The position numbers were made by a program, and so were the translations under genes. 64,000 nucleotides of DNA from Mobula hypostoma (taxonomy: Eukaryota), in NCBI RefSeq assembly GCF_963921235.1, contig NC_086108.1, positions 45,696,001 through 45,760,000 of the forward strand, in the 5' to 3' direction. The notes under the pieces were generated by a model. That model did not search any database. It was not told where the DNA came from and saw only the letters and a list, made by a program, of their open reading frames with translations. Position 1 is the first letter of the stretch, and every line of letters begins with the position of its first letter. Of the stretch, positions 13,970-27,700 are shown in pieces.

Positions 13970-14607
13970 TTTCAGAAACAGCGGCTATACTTCATGGGAG
14001 TTTGAAGAGATTTGGTTTGTTAATTAAAACACTCGAATACTATAGATGTACTGTGGAGAGCATTCTGACAACCTGCCACATTGCTGTCTGCTATTGGGGG
14101 GTTGGAGGTGGGGCGGGGTGGGGGGGGGGCTACTGCACGGGGCCGAAAGAAGTTACAGAAAGCCGCAAAATTAGACAGCTCTATCTTGAGTACTAGCCTT
14201 CGTAATACCCAAGACATCTTCAAGGAGTGGTGCCTTAGAAAAGCGAGGTCCATTATTAAGGACCCCCATCACCCAGGGCATGACGTCTTCTCATTGTCAC
14301 TGTCAGGAAGGAGGTACAGAGGCTTAATGGCACAGACTCAGCAATTCAGGAACAGTTTCTTCCCCGCCACCATATGATTCCTAAATGAACATTGAACCTA
14401 TGAACACTACCACAATTTTTTATATATATTATTTCTGTTTTGCACTATTTTTAATCTATTCAATACTGTATATGTACAGTATATATATTTACTGTAATTG
14501 ATTTACTTATTTTTTCTCTATATTATCATGTATTGCATTGAACTGCTGCTGCAAAGTTAACAAATTTCACAACATCTGCCAGTGATAATAAACCTGATTC
14601 TGATTCG
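13970..14607 (+). mobile_element. Rex1-like 3' fragment
   Basis: YRCTVESILT, IIKDPHHPGH...SGRRYR...FRNSFFP; tail AATAAACCTGATTCTGATTC. Confidence 0.8.
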
Positions 14608-15718
14608 GAAATGGTTAAAGAATTTGATAGGAGAGGTTGAGAAACTATTTGCCCTACTGGAGGGCGATGTAACACAAGGCCTTTAAAGTTGGAGCTAGCC
14701 CCTTTAGAGAGATGTATAAGGAAGGATATTTTCACGAAAGGTTAGTGAAAATTTGTAATGTTCTTACTCTAAAATACTGTTGAGGTTACTGTTGAGGCTA
14801 CTGAAATACGAGATTCTTGTCAGGCAGTGTTATGAAAAGTCTATAATTACAGAAATTAACAAAACATTTTAATAAGGAGTTAAGATAAATATTATACATG
14901 ATTCAACCAAGAGGAGAAATAGGCTCAAGTGTTGGGATAAACTTGATCTATTACCTGAGATTTGAAGAACTATGAGCATGCATTTGGGCATGTGTTCATT
15001 GTAAGAATAAAACACAATCTTATTTTAACACATAAGATTCTGAGGGGAAATTACAGCATAGGTGCTGAGAGGTTGTCTTACTAGTGGGGATATTTAGAGC
15101 TAGGACACACAATTTCAGATGAAGATGTTGCTCATTTAATATGGAGATTGAGGAAGATTTTTTTTCCTCAAGAATCATGAATGTTTTCCTTGAAACCTTC
15201 TACCCAGAAAGCTTAGGAGGCAGAGTCGTTAAATGTATTCAAGGCAGATGTTGATAGATAATTCAACAATGTGGAATTTGTGGAGAGAATGGAAAAGTGA
15301 TTGTGGTCAAGACAGTTATTATTATTGGCTAGTTTACCTTCATATTTCATCTACTCCCTCCACCCTCCACCCATAGCTTTTTTAGTTGCCCCTTGTTGGT
15401 TTTTAAAGGTATCCCATCCCTTGGCTTCTCAATAATCTTCAAAAGTACTGTGACTACATTTGTGTTGTACAACATACATGCCAATGAACCACATCCAGCC
15501 TATGGGATGTGTTGGTCAGACCCACCTACAATCACCATACCAGCTCTCTGTAGGCCTGCCAGGTCGTCTTCTTTTCCATTTGACCACCAGATCACACTTA
15601 CCACAACAGGCATTTTGTACATCCCAGAGGTCTGCTTCAGTCCGAGTGTTTGCTGTCAGCCCCTGCTCCATGAAATCTTAATACACATGATGTTAATTTT
15701 CTTGACTGTTTGATTGAT

Positions 15719-15897
15719 GCCGGCTGGTGGCGTAGTGGCATCACTGCCGGACTTTGGAGCGAAAGCTCCCGAGTTCGAATCCAGCCGGCTCCCTTGCACG
15801 CCTTCCATCCGTGCTGGGTTGAGCGTCGAGCTAGCAACTCGGCCTTGTAAAAATAAGGAAGCCTGCTAAAAAAACCGCCGTCATGACGGCCTCCCGA
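15719..15897 (+). mobile_element. tRNA-derived SINE
   Basis: A box TGGCGTAGTGG, B box GAGTTCGAATCC; 16-bp TSD TGACTGTTTGATTGAT at 15703-15718 and 15898-15913. Confidence 0.9.
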
Positions 15898-16137
15898 TGA
15901 CTGTTTGATTGATTAATTGAAGAATTGTTTGTATTTGAAATTCCAAGCCAGCATTGTGATATTTAGTGGAACCTCTAAACTAGACTACCTGCTACATATA
16001 GGGAAGGAACACTGGAAATACGGAGATAGGAAATGAAGCGGCAAGGTGATGGAGCAGGTCTGTGGACAATGAGGAGGCAGTGGGTAATGCAGTGTGAACT
16101 AGGGCAGTTGTTCTGCTGAAGCTAACTGGAGATATTG

Positions 16138-17625
16138 AAGCAACACACACAAAATGTTGGAGGAACTCAGCAGGCCAGGCAGCATCAATGGAAAAATGTA
16201 AACAGTTGACATTTTCTGCCGAGACCCTTCATCACAATTGGTAAAAAAGTGAGAAAGTAGAGCAAAAAGATGGGGGGAAGGGAGGAAGAAGTACAAGGTG
16301 GTAGGTGATAGCTGAAACTGGGAGATGACAAGGGGTGAAGTAAAGAGCTGGGAAGTTGATTGGTGAAAGAGATAAAGGGCTGCAGAGGGGGAGTCTTACA
16401 GGAGAGGGGAGATGGCCATGGAAGAAAGGGAAGGAGAAGGAGCACCTGAGAGAAGTGATGGGCAAGTCAAGAGAAAAGGTGAGGGAGAGAAATGGGAACG
16501 GGAATGGTGAGAGAGGGCAATTGCCAGCAGTTCGAGGAATCGATGTTCATGCCATCAGGCTGCAGGCTACTCAGATGGAATATAACGTGTTGCTCCTCCA
16601 ACTTGAGAGTGAGCTCATCGCAGCAGCTGAGGAGGCCATGGACTGGCATGTCAGAGTGCAGAATGGGAATGGAAAGTAGATTTGAAGTGGGTGGCCACCG
16701 GGAGATCCCACTTTTTCTGGCGGATGGACCGTAAGTGCTCAGGGAAGCAATCTCCCAATCTACGACAGGTCTCACTGAAATACCAGTGGCCACACCGGGA
16801 GTACCGGACACAGTATATGAACCCAACAGACTCACAGATGAAGTGTCACCTCACCTGGAAGGAATGTTTGGGGCCCTGAATGGTAGTGAGGTTAGCGGTG
16901 TAGCACTTGTTCTGCTTGCAAGGGTAAGTGCCAGGAGGGAGATCAGTGGGGAGGATGAATGGACAAGGGAGTTGTGTAGGGAGTGATCACTGTGGAAAGC
17001 GTGGGGGAGAGAAAGATGTGCTTGGTGGTGGGACCCCGTTGGAGATGGCAGAAGTTATAGAGAATGATGTGCGGGGCGCGGAGGCTACTGGGGTGGTAGG
17101 TGAGGATAAAAGGAACCTTATCCCCGATGGGCTGGTGAGAGAATGCGATGAGGGCAGACGCGTGTGCGAAATGGAGGAGATGCAGGTGAGGGCAGCGTTG
17201 ATGGCGGAGGAAGGAAAGACCCTTTCTTTGAAGAAGGAGGGCATCTCATTAGTTCTGGAATGAAAAGCCTCATCCTGAGGACAGATGCAATGAAGATGGA
17301 GGAAATGAGAGAAGGAGATGGCATTTGTACAAGTGGCAGGGTGGGAAGAGGTATATTCCAGGTAGCAATGGGAATCAGTGCATTTGTAAAAGATACCAGT
17401 AGATAAGCTATCTCCAGAGACAGAGACAAAAATCGAGAAAGGGGAGGGAAGTGTCAGAAATGGACCAGGTTAATTTGAGGGCAGGGTGGAAGTTGAAGGC
17501 CAAGTTGATGAAGTGAATGAGCTGAGCTTGGGTGCAGGAAGCAGCCCCAGAGCAGTTGTCCATGGAGCATAGGGCGAGTTGGGGAGTGATACCAGTGTAG
17601 GCTTGGAACATTAACTGTTCCAAGA
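16138..17625 (-). mobile_element. Penelope-like element (RT C-terminus, GIY-YIG region and 3' terminal repeat with a degenerate hammerhead at 16203-16240)
   Basis: KLEEQHVIFHLSSLQPDGMNIDSSN is a PLE endonuclease C-terminus; NFHPALKLTWSISDTSLPFLD is an RT motif. Confidence 0.85.
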
Positions 17626-17789
17626 TATCGATATCTGGGTTTGTTGACCCTCTCTGCATACAAAAGTTTGAAGTATGGCATGCCCCAATATTTTTTATCG
17701 AGAAATATGGAATATATAAGGTTGGAAGCCAATTTAAACATGATCTCAAAGGAGCAACTTCAATTTCCCTTCAAGTTGGGAATACACTA

Positions 17790-17990
17790 CATAAGAACAT
17801 AAGAAATAGGAGCAGGAGGAGGCCGTCCGGCTCATCGAGCCTGCCCCACCATTCAATAAGATCATGGCTGATCTGTCTGTAAACTCAGCTCCATCTACCT
17901 GCCTTTTCCCCATAACCCTTAATTCCCGTACTATGTAAAAATCTATCTAACTGTATCTTAAATAGATTTAGTGAAGAAGCCTCAACTGTT
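17790..17990 (-). mobile_element. CR1 3' terminal fragment
   Basis: (ACATAAGA)n tail and a 3' UTR like that of the 60330-61970 element. Confidence 0.8.
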
Positions 17991-20900
17991 ATAACTATTA
18001 CTACAACTGATACACGTGATGGTGACCTTCCTCTTATTGTACCTTGGTCAGTTCAGCTGAGGGCTCTGCAGACAAGAAAACCCAAAAGTATTACCCACAC
18101 CCTTCCCTTTCCATACCAGTTGGCCTGTTGTGCATCCTAAGCATTTTCTGATTTCATTATTGATCAATGCAGTTACAGCCTCACATTACATCATGGGAGG
18201 TTCAATGCGCTGTAACTAAAAGTCCAAATCTAAGGAGCAATTTTGTAAGCCATTGTAGCTGAAGCAGAGACATACCCAAAAAATAACACGTCCTTTGTCT
18301 TTTTAGCCATATATTCATTTAGTGCCCTCATGAAAGGACAAGGTCATTCATAAAAGTTCATATATAGGGAGGAGTGTACTCAGTTTCCAACTCTATAGTG
18401 GGTGATCAGTGGCTGGTTTTACTGTGGAGAAATAACAAAGGAGCTCGCAATAGAGAGTCTGAGTTAATGTTGGACGGAAACATTTTTCACATTGAGATAA
18501 AATAATGAAATTTTCTTGGCTACTCTGGGAGCTCATGTCAGTCACTGGTCAAGCGTTTCAAAACACTTACTGTTTATTGACATATTAATTACTGATTATG
18601 GCACAATATGCCACAAATCACAACCACTAGATTCGTTCCAAGCAAACTGCACGGTGAACAAAAAAGAAATAAAATCAATCCTGTGGAAAATTCAATTCAG
18701 TCTGTACTTGACGAACTGCACATTGGTGTAGAGAAACTGGCTGTAAATTTCTTTGATATATCCATTTAGATCATTCAGGAATCTTTGTATAAAACAATAC
18801 ATCATAACTGTAATATTACAAGGCTACATAAGTTCGGTAAGAGTCAACCGAGTGTGAAATTGCTAGGTATGGCTTTACCGTGAATGATGACCAAATTATT
18901 GATTAGGAGAGGCAATCATTTTGTTCTTTTGACAAAAGCAATTGAGATGGTACAGGCAGCTTCCTTGTTATATGAAGGGTTACTTTTGAGTAATGTCATG
19001 GAACATGATTCCACACAACACAAAGTTGTCAGGGAAGAATTTGAAGGCAAAACTTTGTGGTAGAATAAGGGGAATCCTTTTCAAACTTGAACCACTCCTA
19101 CACAAAACTTCAGAGTCACTAAATATCAACCATCTTGTCACTTTGTGTTTCACATTACTCATCAGTGCCCGCTTGCAAGAACTATCCCGTAAACAGCAAT
19201 TGTGGGCGTAACATTGAAGGGGCAGTAAATAATTCAAAAAGGTTACACTATTCAACAGGCTTTCCTTCAATTAAGAAGGAAATTGAAATCAAACCAGGAA
19301 TGAGATTTGTTCTCCAGATGGCTTGATTGCCAGGAGTCAGTTGCTTTCTTGTGAACTTTTACTTCCAAGACAGATCATTCCTGTGTCTGGATTGTCAATG
19401 GCTGACTCTAGAATAGAAGCACAACAAAGTGTAAATAGCCTGGCAAACCCTTTGGATTATTTCCACATTATTTCCTAAACTCCACACAGATCTGCACATG
19501 AAACGTTGCAGCCAACAGTCTCTTATCTGTTTGTTTAGTTTTGTGCTAGCTTCTTTTGTAATGCTAAAGAATATGCAGCTTGTTCTATGAAGTACACACT
19601 TCAATGAGCATCCTGTTCAGGAAAGCCCTTGTTTTTACAGCACATTCCTGTAGCCACTCTATAATGCTTGCCTTATTGGTATTTGTAAATGAAGGATGCA
19701 CAGTAGTTGCTTTTCCCAGGGGCATTCCTATCAGCTGACGAATGGCTAAGGTAGAGCAATTCATTTACTGCTGTGAGATGTGCACTGCATCTGGGTTTTA
19801 AAGTATTGTGGTGGTCGGGAGGGTGGTGAAGGAGAAGAGTATTTTTGGTGCTTGGAAACAGAGTTTAATATAAATGGAATATAGAACTTTATTCCTACAT
19901 TGTATACATTTTATTAAGAAGCACAGAGTCCATAATCTCTGCAGTATTGTGGCAGCAATAGCTATATGAATCAAAAGCTTGATAATTTGTAGGTTGAAGA
20001 ACTGTTGGACAAGATAATTGAAGATATGAAGCCAGGATATGGTCTTTCAGTACTTAGCACAGATTCATGCAACTTGTTTGTATTGTGGATGTACTACGTA
20101 CTACATTCAAAAAAGTGAGGTGGTATATAAAGAGGTGAGAGTCACTCTCATGATAATTTCAAAATCAGATTCTGCCAACAGAATATAAAATAGTCATTCA
20201 GTTTTGACCAGCTGTGATACATTCCCTGAATACAAGGTGCATTTATCTTCAGAATACAGATGCTCCAAACACTGGTATGACCACTTTGAATCCTTGGACC
20301 CCATGACAATGGCTTCAACATGCACTTCTGAAGCTTAAATCTAAAATGTAAACTATTGAAATTATTCTAGATGATTATTTTGAATGCTTCATCTGACAAT
20401 TGATTTGGTGGGAGTTTGCAAAGTAATTATATTCAGCATGCTGCGCAACATTAATGTAATAAATTGTACATATTTGTAAGAGTGTTAGCAAGGCTGGTAT
20501 TGGGAGAGGTGGAATATGACTGTGTCTGCAGAAGATGAGTCTATCCCTCTTGTTCAACAGGTTTGACATTCATTGAAGATTTGGAGATTTCCACATGACT
20601 CTGCATACAAAATGATGGTCAGAAAATTCTCAATACATTTCATTTGGAAAATATTTTGTATACATTGAAACCATTTGAGTTGAAAGCTACCAAAGAGGGA
20701 AATACGATATTTTTTTCACAATTTTTATTTGACCGTCTTCTTGAACTGGTCGTAAAGTAATTTCATTCAGGCCAGGTGAACTTGCCATCCCTCAAAGACT
20801 TATTTTAACTAATACCATTTACCGCCAGTTGGCTAGTAGCGTTTTATGACAAGATGTTCAAATGCTCATCTAGTAAATCTTAAATGTTGTGAGAATACCT

Positions 20901-22363
20901 GATTCCACCAGTACCTCAGAAGTGCTTCCAGATTTTGGCTATCCTCTGGATGAAAAATTCTTCCGAAACTCATCTCTAAATCTCCATTAAACCTATGCCT
21001 CAGCTTATAGACATTTCTGGTGAGGGGAAAAGTTGCTCATCCTGTAAATGCCCCTCATAATTTTGTATACTTCAGTCAAATCAGCCCTCAGCTTTCACAA
21101 AAACAGGTCGTTCCGGGTATGAGTGTCTGACTTTTGGCCATCCTTACATATGAACAAGCTTCCATAATACTTTTAAATTCAAAACTCCAAAGTACCTAGA
21201 TACGTTTATTTCTACAAACGACAAAATTAGTTTCCTCTCTCTCTCTCATTTCAATTATGTTCTCTCTTATCAGTCTTATGTGCTTTTCATGCTATTCATT
21301 ACTATACTGTGGCAGTATGGTGAGTTGTGTGTATTTTCCAACTTACGGACAACATCAACTACTGGATGTTTGGGAAAAACAGCACCCATTTATTACGCAG
21401 GGACAGTTTGTAAAGAAAACACAACCTGTCCTCTCTCTCCTACTCCCAGAGAAGATCCTGTTGAATCCCCAATGCACCTTCTCCAGTTCAATCACATTGC
21501 CAAAGCATGGTGGCATTACAGACCAAGCACTGGTAAGTGCAATTTTAAAGAGGAGTTACTTGTGGGTCGCTATAGACAATAGTGGGTCAATGGCCTGTTT
21601 CTGTGCGGTATGACTCTATCTCATTCTTCCTATATTGTGGTTACACATAGAATGCTAGCTGTGGTCCAATTAATGATTTCTATTGTTATACAATTACTTT
21701 TTTGCTCTTATATACTATGTACCAACTAGTAAAGGCAAGTATTTCTATTGCCCTCTTACATTCCTTATTTACTTGACTTGCTGCCTTCAGAGATACTTTT
21801 GTACATACGCTATGTTTCCTTTGTGCCTCAGTACATTCCAGTGTCCTATGTTTCATTATGTATATCCTAGTCTTTTTAGATCTTCCAAAATTAGCCCTCA
21901 CATTTTCTGGGTTAAACTCCATGTCATTTCTTTGCCCGTCTTACTAATAGGTTAGTATCACTCTATTGCCGAAGATTTCCATCCTCACTATTAACGTCAC
22001 TGATCTTTTTAACTCTGGCATTCACATCCAGATTGTCAATTTATATAACAAACAGGAGGAGTCCTAGCATTGATACCTGCAATGGGGTTTCAATTACAAA
22101 AGCAATCCTCAACAATCAGCCTCTGCCTTCTATCACATAGCCTTTGTTAATGTCCAGTTTGCCAAACTGCCCTGGATTCAATGGGGTGGAACCACTTGGA
22201 CCCATCATCCATGGAGGGCCTTGTCAAAGGCCTTATTAAAGATCATGCAGACTACATCTACTGCACCATCCTTGTTTACTCACTTAGGTGTCTCCCCAAT
22301 AACTTCAATCAAATTGATTAGATATGACCTCTTCCTTAACAAAGCCTCTCCAAGTGCAGATGA

Positions 22364-22399
22364 AGTCCTGACGAAGGGTCTCGGCCTGAAACGTCGACT
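22364..22399 (+). ncRNA. Minimal type I hammerhead ribozyme (Penelope-associated)
   Basis: AGTC-CTGACGA-AGG gtctcgg CCT-GAAAC-GTC|GACT: intact core, helices I and II, and a palindromic loopless helix III. Confidence 0.8.
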
Positions 22400-22496
22400 G
22401 CACCTCTTCCTAGAGATGCTGCCTGGCCTGCTGCGTTCACCAGCAACTTTGATGTGTGTTGCTTGAATTTCCAGCATCTGCAGTATTCCTGTTGTT
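22365..22496 (+). mobile_element. 132-bp Penelope-derived terminal insertion
   Basis: Flanked by a perfect 16-bp duplication TCCAAGTGCAGATGAA (22349-22364 and 22497-22512); similar to the PLE end at 16138-16240. Confidence 0.85.
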
Positions 22497-23189
22497 TCCA
22501 AGTGCAGATGAATCCTGTTTAATTTTTCCCCAATAATTTCACTATCACTGACCTGTAACAATTGGACCTATCCCTGCCGCCTTTCTCAATTAAAGATTTC
22601 TTTTCCTGTCCGCTTCTGTAGCCAGAGAAGATTTGATTGTTTTAGTCAGAGCCCAAGGAACCCCTTCTCTTACCTCTTATTGCAACCAGGCTCTGAAGAT
22701 TTCTCCAACCTTAAACCTTCCTAATCATTGAATAGCAATCCCTTTCAATGGTAATTTATTCTAGAATTCCAGCAATCCTCTCTGCACTCTCTAGCTACAG
22801 TCCTTGTCTATAGTGAATGCAAATGAAAATTATTCAATATAAGAACTTACTCAAGTCCTCCATTTTCCTCCACAGATTGCCACCTTGATCCCTCATGGGA
22901 ATGGCTCAATGCAGTGGCAGGTTTTCTCCCTGAAACCCTGCAGCTTCACTCGGGTTCCTTGAAATTTAACTGAGATCTGGAGCATAGTGTTTAGAGCTGG
23001 TGAGAAGCTGAACTGAACATTTTGAACTCCCGGTTAAGAAAGTGCCAGTGAAGCACAGTGACAACTTGCTGGCTTCAAAAACAACTATTAACTACCTTAT
23101 TATTCACTTTTTCTCGAAAATGATTCCTGCAGTCAATAACCTGTAACTTCCCTTTCGGAGTTGAGCTTTTGAACTACCTGTACGACCTG

Positions 23190-23775
23190 GCATTGTAGCA
23201 GTGTGAACTGAAGTGTCGAAGGTGCGTGAAAGTTGTGGCGTGGCACATAGGGGCTGAACCTGGGCCCAAGAGCTGGGAACGAGCCAAGGTTTGACTGATT
23301 AAAGCACTGAGCTGAATCGAGGCAGCGGGTCCCAGACCTGAGAGCATATTGAAGCGGTAGAGCAAGGAACTACTCATTGTTTGGCTGATTTAAGCGCTGG
23401 GCCAGATTGAAAAGGTCAGGATGTTGTGGCAAGATACGAGGGATGGGCTGGTGTTCAGCTCACTGCTTGTCAAAGTTTACTCATCCCTGCACTGAACTGA
23501 GGCTGCGGCCTGCAATTAACAGGCTCCTGGATTGGCTGTGGCTGGCTTTGTGGCTATGGGCTCACTTTTGTGAACTTCAGTTCCGAATGTTATTTGCTTA
23601 TTTTTACTGCTTGCATGATTTGTTTTTTTCCCGCACATTGTATGTTTCATGGTCTTCTTTTTTTCCATAGGTTCTATTGGGTTCCTCTGTTTTGTGGCTG
23701 CCTGTAAGGAGACGAATCTGAAGGTTGTATATAGTATTCATACTTCTATAATAAATAGACTTTGAACTTTGAAAA
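23190..23775 (+). mobile_element. Non-autonomous retroelement with a (TTTGAAC)n tail; same family as the host element at 29700-31940
   Basis: Shares the 3' block GCTGCCTGTAA...ATCT.AGG.TTGTATA...ACTTTGAACTTT with 31905-31960. Confidence 0.6.
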
Positions 23776-24761
23776 GGTTTATGGAGTTTGAGCATCGCTT
23801 ATTGTAGTTATATTTTTAGTCATTTAGTGAACGTGGCCATTGCTGGCAAGGCTGTCAGTTATTGTGATTTATTAATTTCCCTTGAACCTCCACAGAGACT
23901 GTTAAGAATCTATAATATTGGTGTGCAGGATTCACATTTGGCCAGACCACTTAAGGATGGCAGATGTAATTAATTTATACATTTAACACTGAAAAAGAGG
24001 ATAGATTAAATAGGCCAATTGAAGTCAGAGGATAAAGTCTTTCCCAGATGGATTGCATCATGCATTTTGAAAGAGCCTAAGAAAGAGTTGAAGAAATATC
24101 ACAACACATGTTTAATAATACTTTAGCTAAAGGTGTAGTGTTAGAGGACAGATGGACACCTAACATAATATCTGCATTTAAGTTTTTCCCTAGAATTACA
24201 TAGCAGTAGGTTAAACGTCAATGGTAGGAAAAATAATGGAATTCCTACCAAAGAGATTAGAATACCTAAAGATTAAAAATAACAAGTAGCATGATTTTTT
24301 GGGGGGATAATAGAGAAAATCAATCATGGTAACATGGCAAATATAATGTATCTAGGTTTTCAAAGGGCATCAATGTGGTGCTCCCACAAAAGACCACTGC
24401 ATAAGATCAGAGAGCGTGGAGTCAGTGAATGAGAATTAGTGTCATCGAGCCATACAGAACAGAAACAACCCTTTGGTCCATCATGTACACACCAACCAAT
24501 GAACTTGCCCTATTTTCCTGTATTTGGTCCAGTTGTTCAAAATCTGCATGAACAATTTAGGGTCTGGAGTCAGAAACACAATTTTTGTATCTGTACACGA
24601 TACCACCTCAGTAATGACGGGTGGGGTGGGTAGTTGGTGGAGCAGTCGATACTGAGAAGGATGGCAACTAGTTACAAGAGGACACGGGAAGAATCGACAC
24701 ATAGTTTTTAAATGAATTCAACACAGATAAATATATCTGATGAAGTATCAGATATGAGACC

Positions 24762-24830
24762 CTGATGAAGGGTCTCGGCCCGAAACGTTGACTGTTCGTT
24801 TCCACAGATGCTGCCCGACCTGCTGAGTAT
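24762..24830 (+). mobile_element. Penelope terminal fragment with hammerhead core
   Basis: CTGATGA-A-GGG tctcgg CCC-GAAAC-GTT-GACTG. Confidence 0.7.
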
Positions 24831-24922
24831 AATGTTGCTAAATATAAATGCAGTATCTTTTGGCAAGAAATACAGAAAAGGCACTTCCTTCGTTACCTGG
24901 AAAAATAAGTCACTACTGACTA

Positions 24923-25234
24923 GTAAAGGCATCCATTAGTCTTGTGAGACCATGAATCTGCGCCTGGAAAGTCTTCACTCTCCAGGGCACAGGCCTGGGC
25001 GAGGTTGTACGGAAGACCAGCAGTTGCCCATGCTGCAAGTCTCCCCTCTCCACGACACCAATGTTGTCCAAGGGAAGGGCATTAGGACCCATACAGCTTG
25101 GCACCAGTGTCGTTGCAGAGCAATGTGTGGTTAAGTGCCTTGCTCAAAGACATAACATGTTGCCTCAGCTGGGGCTCAAACTCACGACCTTCAGGTTGCT
25201 AGTCCAATGCCTTAACCACTTAGCCACGTGCCCA
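24923..25234 (-). mobile_element. tRNA-derived SINE with CORE-like middle and probable RTE-type tail
   Basis: A box TGGCTAAGTGG, B box GAGTTTGAGCC, CORE-like TTGAGCAAGGCACTTAACC; 12-bp TSD CACTACTGACTA at 24911-24922 and 25235-25246. Confidence 0.85.
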
Positions 25235-26259
25235 CACTACTGACTACATAGCAAGAAAAGTAATTTCATGGATACACCACCACCTGTAAGGTCATACCAA
25301 ATCACAGATCATCCTGACTTGGATTTATTGCTGAATCAAAATATTGCAGCCTTCACCACAATCTCACTAGCAGGTCAAGAAGTCACGTCGTCGCCATAAC
25401 CTCCCGAGGACAGTGAGGGATGCTCACTGAATGCTCTCATTTGCAGTTTTCCCACGGGCAAAACAGATACGCCATGGAATAAAAGAACTCCTTTAATCAA
25501 ATTTACTCTGAATGTTGGTTGTGTGGGACTGGCACTTCTTTCAGACTATTATTTTTAATACCCCAACGCATTTTAAAATATGTTAGACAGTAATACAATT
25601 TTCCCAGCAAACCTGCTAAGTTTAATTGAAGGTGTTGAATGGGCCCAAGGATGCTTATGGTAAATCCAATCCTCGAGTTTCAAGGCCTAGGAAACAGATC
25701 CCTGGTGAGTCTCAAGGAAGTGCAGGAAACAAAGCCAGAGGAGTTTCACAGGAAGCAAAATGCCAGTGTGCTCAGGAGCACCAAAGACAGGACACTAAGT
25801 TTAAAGACAGTGCAGGAAACGTCAGCCAGTGAGCTGGATGCCGCAATGTGGAATTGGCACATGGATTATCTTACTGTATCTTCTCCACATCATGGTTTAC
25901 ATGATCAGCATCAGGGGAAGGTAACCTACAGTGACAGGAACAGAGTCACAACTTAAAACCATATTTACAATCTTATCAACACCAAAACTATGTAACTGTT
26001 GACTATTCACACTGGGCCTGCATTCCATAGGTCTTACAGTAGATAGCTGCTCCACAATAATCACATGGCTTCAAGTTGGAGGAAGGCTACTCACGTGCAG
26101 CAAAGGGGCAATAGAGAGCCTAGCTTCCCCGCTCGATGAACAGCAGCAGTCTGAGTTAGCTGAGAGCTGGCTCCTGATGGTGTGGAGGTGGGTGGTTCGT
26201 GAATACTGTCCTCCCAGCTGATTGATGCTCCATTAAGTTAAAGGGTGGACCCAGCAACA

Positions 26260-27700
26260 CCAGCCACAAAAACTACCCCTCTTCCAGGTAAGCAGCCACT
26301 TTCTGAACAGCAGAGGCTCAACTCCCATTGTCAGCTGCCGGCTCAGACAACATCCCAGGCCAGGTACTTAGGGAGTGTGCATACCAGATCACTGATGTCT
26401 TCATGAACATCTTCAACACGTCACTCATCCAGGCTGCTGTCCCTACATGCTTCAAATCAGCCCCCCATCATCCCTGTAACAAAGAACTCGACACCTTCAA
26501 CATGATTACCGCCTGGCGGCACCGATGCCAGTCGCCATGAGCTGCTTTGAGCAGCTGGTAACAGCTCGCCTCAAAGCTCTATTCCTGCCACACTGGGCAC
26601 TCACCAATACGCTTACTGACAGAACCGCTCTGCAACAGATGCCACAGCGTCTCATGCACTGGCCCTGACACACCCAGAAAGCAAGGACACTTTTTTTTCC
26701 TGGATTTCAGTTCAGCATTTAACACTATTGTCCCACAGACCATGGACAGCAAACCGCTACTCCTCGGTCTAAATACACCTCTGTGCAGCTGGGTGTTGGA
26801 CCTTCCTAATGAACAGAATTCAGAGTGTCAGGATGCACAATCGCTCCTTCCTTCCCATCATCCTCGGTACGGTGTCCCCAGGGCTGTGTGCTGAGCCCAC
26901 TGCCCACACACGACCGCACAGCCACACACCTCAGCAATCGCATTGTCAAGTTCACCGGTGACACAGCAGCAGTGGGGCTCATCACCCACGACGATGAGAT
27001 GGCCTACAGAGGGGAGGTGAAAGAGCTCGAGGCCTGGTGCCAGGCATATAACCTCTTTCTCAATGTCAACAAGACAAAGGAGATGGTTATTGACTTCAGG
27101 AGAACTCGCACCACTCACACCCTCTTCTTATCGGTGACACAGCGGTGGAAACTGCGAGCAGTTTCAGACTCTAGGGTCTGCACGCCACACACCTCTCGTC
27201 ATCCCAGAACACATCCTCTGCAGCCAAGAAATCTCACCTACACCCCTACTCTCTGAGGAGGCTGAAGAGAGCTGGACTGTGAACATCAGTAAGACCTACA
27301 AATGTGAACTTGAGAGCTGCATCACTGTGTGGTACAGAAACTGCTCTGCGGCAGACAAGAGGGCTCTACAACAGGTGGTTAAAACTGCCCAACACATTAC
27401 TGGCCTACCTGCCATCAAGGACAGAGATACAGAAAGGTGCCGGAAAAAAGCCAGCAATACTATGAAGGAGACTACTCACCCGGTTTGTCCCACTCCCATT
27501 AGGGAAGACGCTGCACAGCATCCACGCCAGGACCACCAGACTCAAAAACAATTACTTCCCTCCAAACTGTCCAACTAATCAATACCTCTATCCATTAACC
27601 TACCCCTCCGTACCCCTCCACCATCTCTACTTTATTATTTCATGTCAGAGTCACATCATGTAGATATTCCTGTGACTAGCATTACTTTATGTGCAGCTAA
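26260..27700 (+). mobile_element. Degraded Rex1/Babar-like LINE
   Basis: PQGCVLSPL, IVKFTGDT (FADD-derived) and LNVNKTKEMVIDFRR. Confidence 0.85.

Noticed and set aside
15719..15795. tRNA gene (also 25160-25234)
   Set aside because: The tRNA-like heads continue into SINE bodies bounded by TSDs
25868..25925. Alternative last exon for dmrt6 (acceptor ctgtag|)
   Set aside because: Phase-1 reading gives only GYLPLMLIM*; the 29064 candidate fits better
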